Below, piece after piece: positions 1 through 8,397 of a stretch of 64,000 nt of DNA. The DNA is from a virus. Each line of letters starts with the position of its first letter. Position 1 is the first letter of the stretch. Position numbers and translations under genes: made by a program. A model generated the notes under the pieces. That model made no database searches and was not told the origin of the DNA. It worked only from the letters and a program-made list of their open reading frames with translations. The stretch is taken from the IMG/VR virus record IMGVR_UViG_3300027911_000001, positions 1 through 64,000 of that record, one strand, 5' to 3'.

Positions 1-110
1 ACCTATGCATATGTGTAAGATAAACTCAAATCTATTTAAAGTACCGTGGGGAGATACCAAATCTGTGCTAAAAGAGTTCGATAAGGAATTCACGGTATAC
101 GATTTTTAGG

Positions 111-139
111 TTGACATTCGGATATATTCGATATAATAT
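111..139 (+). promoter_or_regulatory. sigma70-type promoter (TTGACA-17 nt-TAATAT)
   Basis: TTGACA at 111-116 and TAATAT at 134-139 (alternative TATAAT at 132-137). It fires into a GC-rich tract with no convincing + strand ORF. Confidence 0.55.
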
Positions 140-143
140 TGGA

Positions 144-366
144 TTGTAGAGGCGGCGTGGAAAGCTGTGGCATCAGGAAACTGATTAATGCGATATGCGG
201 TCCTAAAGGACAAGCGTCTAAAAAGTCCACTGGAGACACGCAACATACGTAATAGGCAAGGGGCTTGACCTGAGAGTTCGCGCTAAGAGAGTGAGATGGC
301 ATCAAACCAGTCTTAGATGGCCAAAGTCGTAACAGGATAGTCAGAGTCGCGTCTGGCCCTCTACAA
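144..366 (+). ncRNA. candidate structured ncRNA 1 (family unknown)
   Basis: The predicted +1 coincides with the 5' arm of a terminal helix, TTGTAGAGG (144-152) pairing with CCTCTACAA (358-366). Internal hairpins at 200-211 and 341-356. Visibly GC-richer than the flanks. The only long ORF here is an odd-composition antisense one. Confidence 0.4.
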
Positions 367-367
367 T

Positions 368-1372
368 TTATTCGGGCTTTACTACATACCAATTAGTGTC
401 GTTTTGCTGCAATGCCGGAGTATCTATGTTTCCTACAATTTTTATTCCACCAACATAGCCCTTTGGATCGGCTAAGCTAACGGCAGCCGGATTAGTATCT
501 TGCAAGATAACGCTTTCAATCTTTTTGTGTAATCCGCGTACCCAACTTTGAATAACTCTGCCAAACATAGTTACTTGCCTAGCATAGATCTCTTCGCCGC
601 CTGGGTTGCTGAATTCGGGGTTAAAAATATCAGTACTACTAAGTTTAGTTTCTAAGAACCCGTTATGCTCGAAAAACTCTCTATATCTGAGCAAAGTATA
701 TATAACAATGCTATGCAACCAGAGAAGAGATTGAGGATCGTTCGTAGCGCAGGTTATGTTCCAGTTTTCTTCAAAGAAGCTTCGCCCCATACGAGATTGG
801 AAATATCTATATTGTGGAACTACACTTAGTTGTGTAGCGTCCAATTCTAAATTTGCTTGAATTAAAATATTTTGTCCGTCTACGCCTAAAATAGGTGTGC
901 CGTCGCCATTAGCTGGATTTAGTAAAACCATTCCAGCAGATACGGCGGATAAATCCAAGCCTTCGGCTGTTTCAACGGTGCCTGTACTAGGATCGAAACC
1001 GATGGGCGCAAATGGGGGCACTACGTAGGGAATCTTCTGATCGACTTGATTTGGCAAGAGCACTACATTATGTTCGCCTACGTCACCCATAGTACGATTG
1101 TCTTGGAACTCAACACTGGAACCTAATGTTAAAAATATAGCCGGAAACTTTTCTTTATCTTTACTGAACTGAAGCTGAACGTTAATGTTATTATTGGCAA
1201 ACCATTCTTTGGCGGCTTGAATTTGCTTACTTCCATATGGAGTTTTTAAAAATGAATTGTGGGTAAAATCTGCCAATAGAAAATCTAACAACCAAAGATT
1301 TTCTTTGACGTCTTTTATAGAAGCTTCTAGGATTGCTTTCAACATCGCATCAGTTTGAAATATGCCGCTCAT
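368..1372 (-). CDS. hypothetical protein (distal gene of leftward virion-module operon)
   Basis: 334-aa ORF with a 3-nt spacer to the upstream ORF. No motif recognised. Confidence 0.8.
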   Translation of the reverse strand: MSGIFQTDAMLKAILEASIKDVKENLWLLDFLLADFTHNSFLKTPYGSKQIQAAKEWFANNNINVQLQFSKDKEKFPAIFLTLGSSVEFQDNRTMGDVGEHNVVLLPNQVDQKIPYVVPPFAPIGFDPSTGTVETAEGLDLSAVSAGMVLLNPANGDGTPILGVDGQNILIQANLELDATQLSVVPQYRYFQSRMGRSFFEENWNITCATNDPQSLLWLHSIVIYTLLRYREFFEHNGFLETKLSSTDIFNPEFSNPGGEEIYARQVTMFGRVIQSWVRGLHKKIESVILQDTNPAAVSLADPKGYVGGIKIVGNIDTPALQQNDTNWYVVKPE

Positions 1373-1375
1373 AAA

Positions 1376-2224
1376 TTAATCCTTCCACTTCGCAAAGATT
1401 TCTGGTAGAATCTTGTTATAGAATTCATTCTCTGCCCACTCAGCAGTTTTATCCATATATTTCTTAGCTGTATACCCAGGATGAATAAATTTACTATCGG
1501 CGTATTTAGATGACGCAGTACGAAATGTCATCCAAGATCTAGTGACCTTTGTCTTTCCACTTTTAGATTTAATTGGATTTCCAGCATTATCTTTTTCAAT
1601 AGCCTGGTAGACTCTTATGCGTTCTAGGGGATCGGAATGCCAATTAGACACGGCCTTGCCGCCCTTAAAATTAAACTCGTGCAAGAAACCTTCTTTAGGT
1701 TTACCGTTTTTGTCTGTTTCAATTTTTTTCCACGGAACAGGATCCAGTCCATTAGCTTTTCTAACTTTATTTTGAGCTTTCAACTCAAATTGAACACGGT
1801 CGGATAAGGTTTTTTCGTAACCGCTCTGTTCTGAGGGAAATTTAGAATGCTTGAAAGGTATTACTAGATATTTGTTACCATCTTTACTGACTTTAGTCTT
1901 ATCTGATTTAAATAGCCAGCGATCTGTAGCCATTGGAGTATTTGTCGGAATGCCTTCTTCAACCCACATAGCAGATCCAGACATAGTTATTACGTGCGTG
2001 TTTTCATCAATAGTATTCAGGGTAATATTGTCATCGCCGTCTTTATTCCTTTGAAAGACTTTGTAGACATTATTGCTAAGTTGATCTTTGGCCATCTCAT
2101 TGATATGCTGTTTTGCAGCTATAGCAAGACCCTTGACTGCCCTAGAGAGAAATTTCTTAACTTCCTCTTGAGCATCTTTACATGCGTCTAGTATGTCTTT
2201 TGATTTGATATCAATTTTTAGCAT
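1376..2224 (-). CDS. hypothetical protein (virion module)
   Basis: 282-aa ORF packed in the same-strand operon. No motif recognised. Confidence 0.8.
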   Translation of the reverse strand: MLKIDIKSKDILDACKDAQEEVKKFLSRAVKGLAIAAKQHINEMAKDQLSNNVYKVFQRNKDGDDNITLNTIDENTHVITMSGSAMWVEEGIPTNTPMATDRWLFKSDKTKVSKDGNKYLVIPFKHSKFPSEQSGYEKTLSDRVQFELKAQNKVRKANGLDPVPWKKIETDKNGKPKEGFLHEFNFKGGKAVSNWHSDPLERIRVYQAIEKDNAGNPIKSKSGKTKVTRSWMTFRTASSKYADSKFIHPGYTAKKYMDKTAEWAENEFYNKILPEIFAKWKD

Positions 2225-2226
2225 GT

Positions 2227-2493
2227 TTATCCTTTTACGGGCAAACCTCTGGGACCTTTAACGCGTGGAGATTTCATATCAATCATCGCAATTTTTCCAG
2301 TAGTAGGATCTAAGAATTTTTTTTGTCCTTTAGCGTTCACAGAACCAATAGGATCTGGAGTTTTCGCTATATGCGGGCTAGGACTTTTTGAGGGAAGTTT
2401 TTTAACTGATCCGATTGCCCCCTCGGCTTGCGCTTCGGGGTTACTGCTGTGGGGCTCCGAACGGTCCCTCCTTGGGAACCGCAGGTTGCTCAT
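2227..2493 (-). CDS. small basic Gly/Pro/Lys-rich protein, start uncertain
   Basis: Only ORF filling the 214 nt between the stop of 2441..4090 and the start of 1376..2224. The first in-frame ATG is at 2493. The track ORF runs to a TTG at 2652, in the +1 frame over the acidic tail of the upstream gene. Confidence 0.35.
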   Translation of the reverse strand: MSNLRFPRRDRSEPHSSNPEAQAEGAIGSVKKLPSKSPSPHIAKTPDPIGSVNAKGQKKFLDPTTGKIAMIDMKSPRVKGPRGLPVKG

Positions 2494-4090
2494 TTTCTTT
2501 ATCAGAATGTCCGCAATTAGGACAGCTGTCGTCGGCTGGGACTTCTTGTGGGGCTTCCTCTTGAGGAAACTCTTGTTCGGCTCCGGGCTGTTCTTCTGGA
2601 ACAGCCCCCCCTTCGATTTCATTAACTTCTTGTTCGGCTTCTCCGCCATCAATACCAGCTAGAGAGCAGAGTTCGATGAGTGCGCGTAACAAAGATATGC
2701 ATGAGGAATATAACTCTGGGGCTTGATCTTTTGCTTTATCCAAAATAGCTTTTTGAGATTTGAATCCTTCCAAAGCTTCGCCAATCATATTGATAACCTT
2801 TTCTTTTTGAATATCATCGGCATGCTGGTCTAGGCCATCATTCATGACATTTAAAAGAGAAGAGTCTTCTTCGGCTTCATCTTCGCTAAGTCCCATATCT
2901 TGCTGTTTGTCATCGTAATCTGCGGGATGACTGACGCCATCAGAATCCATGCCGTCAATCATGTCTTTGTGATTTTCGGCGTGTTGATCCAAAACTTCTT
3001 CTACCGAATCTTCGGGACCGCTTCCAATTGAATCGGCAAAATCTTTAGCATTATCTAAATGTTGATCCAGTATGCTTTCGATGTCTTCGCCATGCTCATC
3101 GCAAGTACAGCTTGGACAATGTCTATCTGCGCCCATATCTTCGGCTTCGGTTTCTTCAGCCAAATCAGAGGTAGCATCTTCGATAGGCATATCCGCTTGA
3201 GGCTCAATTTGTTCGCCATCGCCAGGAAGATATTTCAAATCACTAGGCCTGTCTTCTCTAGGTTGAGCTTCGCTTTCAGGAGCTTCACCTTCAGCTTGTC
3301 CATGGTATCCTTTGGGATCTGGTTTAGGTATCATAGGGCCTTCTTCTCCTGGATTTGCAGGTTCTTCGTTCATTACCCGATCACACTCTGGATAGTCGGC
3401 GGAAACAGCTTCAGGCAATCTAGGTTTAGCTTTAAGGTTAGGTTTTTCAATTACGGGTCTTGGCTCATCGTTAGCTTCATAGGATTCTTGTCTAGCTTCA
3501 GGCTCACTGTTTTTATACCCAGAATCATAACCATGATTGTTATCTTTTTTTGGAGGCTCAGAGAGAGTAGGTTCATTTTCTTCTGAATCAGTCCCTTCAG
3601 GAAGAACTTGATCAGAAGGCTCAATTGGATCAGTAACAGCCAGGATAGCTTTTTGTTCTGGGGAATCTCCAGACTCTTGATCTCTTTCTTCTTGAATTTT
3701 TTGAGAATGCTTTTCAGAATTGTCACTATATTGAACTACTTTGTTTTTACCGGTTTCTTTTGCTTCCAAAAGAGCTTTACCGGCTTCGCTTGGTCTAGAG
3801 CCATACCCAATAGATAGGGTAGATCCTATCATGTATTCATAGTCTTTTCTAAGTTGTTCTAAATCGTTTACGGCTTCTGCAGGAGCCTCGAAAACCCCTT
3901 CATCTCCACCGAGACTTATTTTTCTTCCACCACGAGCTTCGAAAAATTCTTGAACCATTTCATTAGCGGCTGTGATAGATTCAGAAATACGGCTAATCTC
4001 TTCAATATTGTCGTCTAATAGAGCGGCGGCGTGTCTTTTGCCGATCTCATCTCCATCAGTTGCAAAGTAAAGAACGTTTTGGTTACCCAT
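2441..4090 (-). CDS. minimal GGDEF/mCpol-like palm (nucleotide-cyclase-type) domain fused to a ~420-aa acidic low-complexity tail
   Basis: The first ~125 aa carry, in order, YFATDGDEIGK, SLGGDEGVF, TLSIGYG and AGKALLEAKETGKNKV. These parallel the GGDEF-domain blocks DxDxFKxxND, GGDEF, SxGxA and ADxALYxAKxxGRNR. The rest is D/E/P-rich with two CxxC pairs. Confidence 0.6.
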   Translation of the reverse strand: MGNQNVLYFATDGDEIGKRHAAALLDDNIEEISRISESITAANEMVQEFFEARGGRKISLGGDEGVFEAPAEAVNDLEQLRKDYEYMIGSTLSIGYGSRPSEAGKALLEAKETGKNKVVQYSDNSEKHSQKIQEERDQESGDSPEQKAILAVTDPIEPSDQVLPEGTDSEENEPTLSEPPKKDNNHGYDSGYKNSEPEARQESYEANDEPRPVIEKPNLKAKPRLPEAVSADYPECDRVMNEEPANPGEEGPMIPKPDPKGYHGQAEGEAPESEAQPREDRPSDLKYLPGDGEQIEPQADMPIEDATSDLAEETEAEDMGADRHCPSCTCDEHGEDIESILDQHLDNAKDFADSIGSGPEDSVEEVLDQHAENHKDMIDGMDSDGVSHPADYDDKQQDMGLSEDEAEEDSSLLNVMNDGLDQHADDIQKEKVINMIGEALEGFKSQKAILDKAKDQAPELYSSCISLLRALIELCSLAGIDGGEAEQEVNEIEGGAVPEEQPGAEQEFPQEEAPQEVPADDSCPNCGHSDKENEQPAVPKEGPFGAPQQ

Positions 4091-4994
4091 TTTTACTCCT
4101 TAATACTTCTAGGAGCATTTCAATATTTTCTTCAGACCAAGATTTAGGAAACGAAACCTTAATACCATCTTCAGTTTTCTTCAAATAAACCTTATTTCCC
4201 ATATCTGACCCAAAACACATACAGGCGGATATACCGGAATCATTAAAAATGGTTTGATTGCAATCAGGGCAGTTAACTGTTTCACTTTTGGTCATTTCAA
4301 TGGAGAATTCTTTTTTTGCAAGTTTCCTTTTTCTATTTTCAACGAAATCAGATAAGGGTGACTTCTTTTTAGAAACTACAATAACTACTGCTTTGGGCTC
4401 TTCCTTTTGTTCTTCTTTGATCTCTTTATGCTCTTCAGTCATTTGAGTAAGCTTTGCCATAATCATTTGCTGAACGGCATCTCTGTGCATTAACTTACCA
4501 TCTATAACTTGATTAATTAAAGAATGTAGATTTAGGCGTTCATCGATGATCTTACTGATCTGACTCTCCATGGAACTATCCATTTTGGGTCCTACAGAAG
4601 GATTTTCAAAATCATACAGTTCGAGCATTGTCATTAAAACTAAACCTAAGCCTGGGACCGATCTATGCATGAAGTCACTTATTTTTACATTATTCTGTAA
4701 AATTTGACCGCTATAGCTGTCTCTTTCGTGCTTGGTAGTACGTACAATAGTATCGTCTTTGCCAGGAATTCGAATTTCCTTGGTATCGCCAATTTGCATT
4801 GGAGAAAGTTCGCGGACTAATAATCCAAGTAGGGCTTTTGGAACTATTTGAAGACCTTGAAAAAGATCATCGGTATCTGTAATTGTTCGAGTGCCTTGCT
4901 TGTATACCTCGCTCTTAGATAAAACTTCCTCTAAAGACTTCGAAAAGTCTTCACCGAGAGTTTTATTAATAAAGAGTTCGGCGTTTTTACCCAT
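4083..4994 (-). CDS. hypothetical protein with C-terminal Cys cluster (CPDC...CMC)
   Basis: 303-aa ORF with an 8-nt overlap with the downstream gene. Lys/Glu-rich linker and a Cys cluster near the C-terminus. Confidence 0.8.
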   Translation of the reverse strand: MGKNAELFINKTLGEDFSKSLEEVLSKSEVYKQGTRTITDTDDLFQGLQIVPKALLGLLVRELSPMQIGDTKEIRIPGKDDTIVRTTKHERDSYSGQILQNNVKISDFMHRSVPGLGLVLMTMLELYDFENPSVGPKMDSSMESQISKIIDERLNLHSLINQVIDGKLMHRDAVQQMIMAKLTQMTEEHKEIKEEQKEEPKAVVIVVSKKKSPLSDFVENRKRKLAKKEFSIEMTKSETVNCPDCNQTIFNDSGISACMCFGSDMGNKVYLKKTEDGIKVSFPKSWSEENIEMLLEVLRSKNG

Positions 4995-4997
4995 ATA

Positions 4998-5480
4998 CTA
5001 AGAAGGGCTGCCAGGTTGATCATTGCTATTTACAAATGCAGGAGCTTGAACTGTGATATTGGTTTCATCATTGATCAAAAATACAAGTAAATTAGCAGAA
5101 CTTGAAATTACCCAACTATTATATCCGCTAGCAAAAAAGCTCCACGAGTTTGCGGGGCAAGGGAGACCGACATTTCCATTGGCATCAGCGATACCAACAG
5201 CAAGAGAAGCAACGGTACCGTCGCTACCAAAAGTAAGAGACAGAACGCCATTAGAGTTGTTATAAACTGCCAAGTTTTTACCGGCACCTGGAAGAGGATA
5301 AGCAGCAGAGCTAACATCTGTGGTATATCCAACCCCAACTCCTGGAACAGGAAGAGGTAATAAATGCTGTCCTTGCTCTGATGTTTTGATGGCTCCGGCT
5401 GCATTATTGTATTGCAGCATTGAAATAGCGCTAGGATCTTGGACTGAACTGCCTGGCTGATTTCTTTTTTTAATATCCAT
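4998..5480 (-). CDS. hypothetical protein (Gly/Ala/Ser/Asn-rich, structural-type composition)
   Basis: 160-aa ORF in the operon. No motif recognised. Confidence 0.75.
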   Translation of the reverse strand: MDIKKRNQPGSSVQDPSAISMLQYNNAAGAIKTSEQGQHLLPLPVPGVGVGYTTDVSSAAYPLPGAGKNLAVYNNSNGVLSLTFGSDGTVASLAVGIADANGNVGLPCPANSWSFFASGYNSWVISSSANLLVFLINDETNITVQAPAFVNSNDQPGSPS

Positions 5481-5526
5481 AAGTCACCGTTTTCCTTTGT
5501 AAATTGCCCATTATATATTATAAAGA

Positions 5527-6471
5527 TTACTCGTCATTTGCGATATCAGTTGTCTCGACCCGAACTATACCGGTTTTGATCGGTATTGTATCAGGAGTTT
5601 CAATAGTTTGCCTATTTTCAGCGCCTTTTTGGGGAGCTGGATGGGTCTCGTCACCCCTGTTAATATTATGATAAAGATACTCTCTTTGAATTTGAACAAA
5701 ATAGGGCATTCTCTCAGATTTTCTAACGGTACCCTCGGTAACATCGGTAATTCTGACTTCTCTAATGATACTGCTTACATAGTAAAAAGCTCTATAAAGA
5801 TACCTGATAGAGTAGGTGCGACCTTCACCGGTATCGGGATCGACTCCTGGATTGGAGGCGCCTTCTATCCATCTGATATTGCCATTTTCAGTAATGATAA
5901 AATCCTTACCTTGACTATATTGGGCACCAGTAGAATCCATTATGGGAAGGAGCATTCTACGGATCGGATACATTGGTACGTTATCTGTGTTAAATGAAAA
6001 ATTCAGTAATTCTTTATTCACTACCAAATCATCAGCTTGGGAATCAGAGTGATAAAGCCTGTCGCCGGGGGTTAAATATATTCTTTTTTCTTCAGGAGGA
6101 CAAGTACAAGGAGATGTGCCATGGTCGTGATCGTAAAATCTTGGAAGTACCAAGTTAGCTTGGGACGAGTCCAAAAGAGCACCTTCGGAAGGTCTAGTTT
6201 GATCTTTTTGATTTCCTGTCATTACAGCAGTAAAGGTTCCCATAGCAGCATAGACGTATCCGTTAGAAGTAATAACGTCGGTCTCGTTCCTGCGATAATC
6301 CCCTTTATCATTTAATCCAATAGGAGATGGGCTGGCGGCCCAATGAGTAAAGGTCGTACCTAGGCCTCTAACGAATGCATCCATTCGAGGTAAATCAAAG
6401 GACTCTTGCACGTAGGGAAAGGTGACAGGTACAGCCTGTATTTGCTCCCCTACAGGTTTCTTATTCGCCAT
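5527..6471 (-). CDS. hypothetical protein (virion module)
   Basis: 314-aa ORF in the operon. No motif recognised. Confidence 0.8.
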   Translation of the reverse strand: MANKKPVGEQIQAVPVTFPYVQESFDLPRMDAFVRGLGTTFTHWAASPSPIGLNDKGDYRRNETDVITSNGYVYAAMGTFTAVMTGNQKDQTRPSEGALLDSSQANLVLPRFYDHDHGTSPCTCPPEEKRIYLTPGDRLYHSDSQADDLVVNKELLNFSFNTDNVPMYPIRRMLLPIMDSTGAQYSQGKDFIITENGNIRWIEGASNPGVDPDTGEGRTYSIRYLYRAFYYVSSIIREVRITDVTEGTVRKSERMPYFVQIQREYLYHNINRGDETHPAPQKGAENRQTIETPDTIPIKTGIVRVETTDIANDE

Positions 6472-6655
6472 CTAGTTCCTTTTGGCAGATTAAGGTAATC
6501 TCTTCTAGCTTTTGATCTGCGGTTTTATGTAAGATAGCCATCTTACCAATTATATCACAAATCATGGATTCTTGTTTTAGCTTCTTATTCTTCTTAAATG
6601 ATTGGGCGTCTACGACTTTATTGTTGTCTTTAGCTGGGGTAATTTTGTCGCTCAT
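6461..6655 (-). CDS. small hypothetical protein
   Basis: 64-aa ORF with AAGGA upstream inside the preceding gene. Overlaps the next gene by 11 nt. Confidence 0.6.
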   Translation of the reverse strand: MSDKITPAKDNNKVVDAQSFKKNKKLKQESMICDIIGKMAILHKTADQKLEEITLICQKELDGE

Positions 6656-6656
6656 A

Positions 6657-7142
6657 TTATTTGATCCTTATCTTTTTTGACTCACAAGATTTTGCTTTTT
6701 CTACAGTAGCGGCGGCCATTGCGCTTTTAAACTCTTCTGGGAAACTAACTTCGGGAATAAAAAGGGAATCATCTTGAACAATACAGCTCAAGGAACCTAC
6801 TTTAAGGTTATGCCTAGTAATTTGAAATTCGATATCGTTTCCTGTTTGTACAGAATAGATATCGTGACCAGATTTACGTAGGTCGTCTGAAAGAAAATGG
6901 GAATGTCTATCAACTATTGCATCGGCAGCAAGATTTTCAGATTTACAAAGAGCGGGTTGGAAACCTGAATGCATTTTAGAGATCATATGTTTTACGATGG
7001 CAGGATGAGACCCAGCGGACAGGACCTTTCCTTTGCTGATACCCATCCAAAAGCCGCCCTTTGTGCGGATGAGCTTTACTTCTTGGCCATCTAGCATTCC
7101 AGCGGATTCGATTGTGTCTATTTGGTCGGGCGTTAAGTTCAT
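6657..7142 (-). CDS. hypothetical protein
   Basis: Start placed at ATG 7142, which is preceded by GAGGAGA and sits 1 nt after the stop of 7144..8394. The track ORF extends to 7166. Confidence 0.75.
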   Translation of the reverse strand: MNLTPDQIDTIESAGMLDGQEVKLIRTKGGFWMGISKGKVLSAGSHPAIVKHMISKMHSGFQPALCKSENLAADAIVDRHSHFLSDDLRKSGHDIYSVQTGNDIEFQITRHNLKVGSLSCIVQDDSLFIPEVSFPEEFKSAMAAATVEKAKSCESKKIRIK

Positions 7143-7143
7143 A

Positions 7144-8394
7144 TTATTTGTCTCCTCTATAAGCATGTCTTATTTTTTGTACATAAGGATGCTTTTCAAT
7201 ATTATGTTTTGCTTTTAAAGCTTTATTTGTTCCGGAAATTCCTTGATTCCAAGCGTATCCTAGTTTAGCAGGATCTCTGCCAAGATGATGCTCTAAACGA
7301 TCGAGATGTCTATTTACAATAGCTTGTTCCAATTTAGGATTATCTTGCATATATCTATTGAGATTATCACCCTGAAGCTGTAAAGCTTTTCTATATTGTC
7401 TTTTTAAATCAGGGTTCATCTTAATAGTTTCATGAATAGTATCTGGCATTACAGCCCAAGCACCATATGCGGTTCCATGAGAAGTTGGCTTATGTTGAGT
7501 ATTTTTACCGCCAGAACTTTCGACTTGTTTGATAGCATTAAGCATTTTATCTCTAGAATATTGTTCGGGGGGATGACCTGCGGCAGGCGCATGGGCGGGA
7601 TTTGCAGCCATAAGACTTCCGGCCATTGCTCCGGCAGTTAACATGCTTTTAAGAGTGCCCTTTTTCATATCTTCAGCCTTTCCAACTTTTTCTGGGAGTT
7701 TTTTGCCTTTTGTAGCTTCATCCCATTCGTGTACGGCGGCTTCTCCGCCTAATGCTTCCTTGCCAGCTTTCGTATGAGCCCAACGTCTTTGAGCATCTGA
7801 AGAATAAGGTTTCATTAAGGGTTCTAAAATTTCGGCTTTTTGAACTTCTTTTGGACCGTAAGTGTATAGAGTGTGAGGCCCGCGTCTTAGCTCAGGATAC
7901 GCAAATTCTATATTAGCATCCGCAGCAGTTTTATAACTATTGGATTTGATTTCATCATATAAAGCTTTAGGTATGGATATATGAGCTTTCCATTCGTATT
8001 CATCTTCAAAACCAAGTACCGAAAGTTTTTCATGTCTGGCTTTCATTTCGTCTGCGTCTGGACCGCTTAAAGTTAGAGAATAGACATCATTGCCTAATCT
8101 ATCTTTTAATACGGAAGGGGTAATTTTCATTTCTTTAGGGTTAGGGATATGAGGTTCAAAATCTTTTGCTATTTTATGAACATTATCTACGCTATCATTT
8201 TCTTTGTCAAAAAATCTTACAGTAGCATGATAAGGAATATTGTTATCTTCCCTACGGTCTTTTCCATTTATAGTGAGCGGATAGGCCAAAATAAACCCAG
8301 TCATAGCCAATGCCTTATAAGCTTGGGGGTTCTCGGCTTTTGAGAGCGGAGAATTTTCTACGAGAGTTTTTTTAAGGCTTTTATAAAGACTCAT
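7144..8394 (-). CDS. 2H-phosphoesterase-like domain + hydrophobic segment + SLT lytic transglycosylase domain (virion/ejection protein candidate)
   Basis: YHATVRF (about aa 56) and KAHISIP (about aa 139) form paired HxT/Sx motifs about 83 aa apart. Hydrophobic stretch LKSMLTAGAMAGSLMAA. C-terminal QVESSGG, AYGAWAVMPDT and GYAWNQG match the family-1 lytic transglycosylase blocks (ES, GLMQ, AYNxG). Confidence 0.65.
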   Translation of the reverse strand: MSLYKSLKKTLVENSPLSKAENPQAYKALAMTGFILAYPLTINGKDRREDNNIPYHATVRFFDKENDSVDNVHKIAKDFEPHIPNPKEMKITPSVLKDRLGNDVYSLTLSGPDADEMKARHEKLSVLGFEDEYEWKAHISIPKALYDEIKSNSYKTAADANIEFAYPELRRGPHTLYTYGPKEVQKAEILEPLMKPYSSDAQRRWAHTKAGKEALGGEAAVHEWDEATKGKKLPEKVGKAEDMKKGTLKSMLTAGAMAGSLMAANPAHAPAAGHPPEQYSRDKMLNAIKQVESSGGKNTQHKPTSHGTAYGAWAVMPDTIHETIKMNPDLKRQYRKALQLQGDNLNRYMQDNPKLEQAIVNRHLDRLEHHLGRDPAKLGYAWNQGISGTNKALKAKHNIEKHPYVQKIRHAYRGDK

Positions 8395-8397
8395 ATT

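Noticed and set aside
90-392. 100-aa minus-strand ORF covering the region left of the virion operon
   Set aside because: It has no SD and an odd Cys/Pro/Ser-rich composition. It overlaps the 3' end of 368..1372. It lies antisense to a tract that starts at a consensus + strand promoter and folds with paired termini. I treat it as non-coding (RNA candidate 1).
3059-3817. Antisense and alternative-frame ORFs inside the acidic tail of 2441..4090
   Set aside because: They are compositional artefacts of a GA-rich coding region, with F/S/I-rich nonsense-like products. None has a start context.
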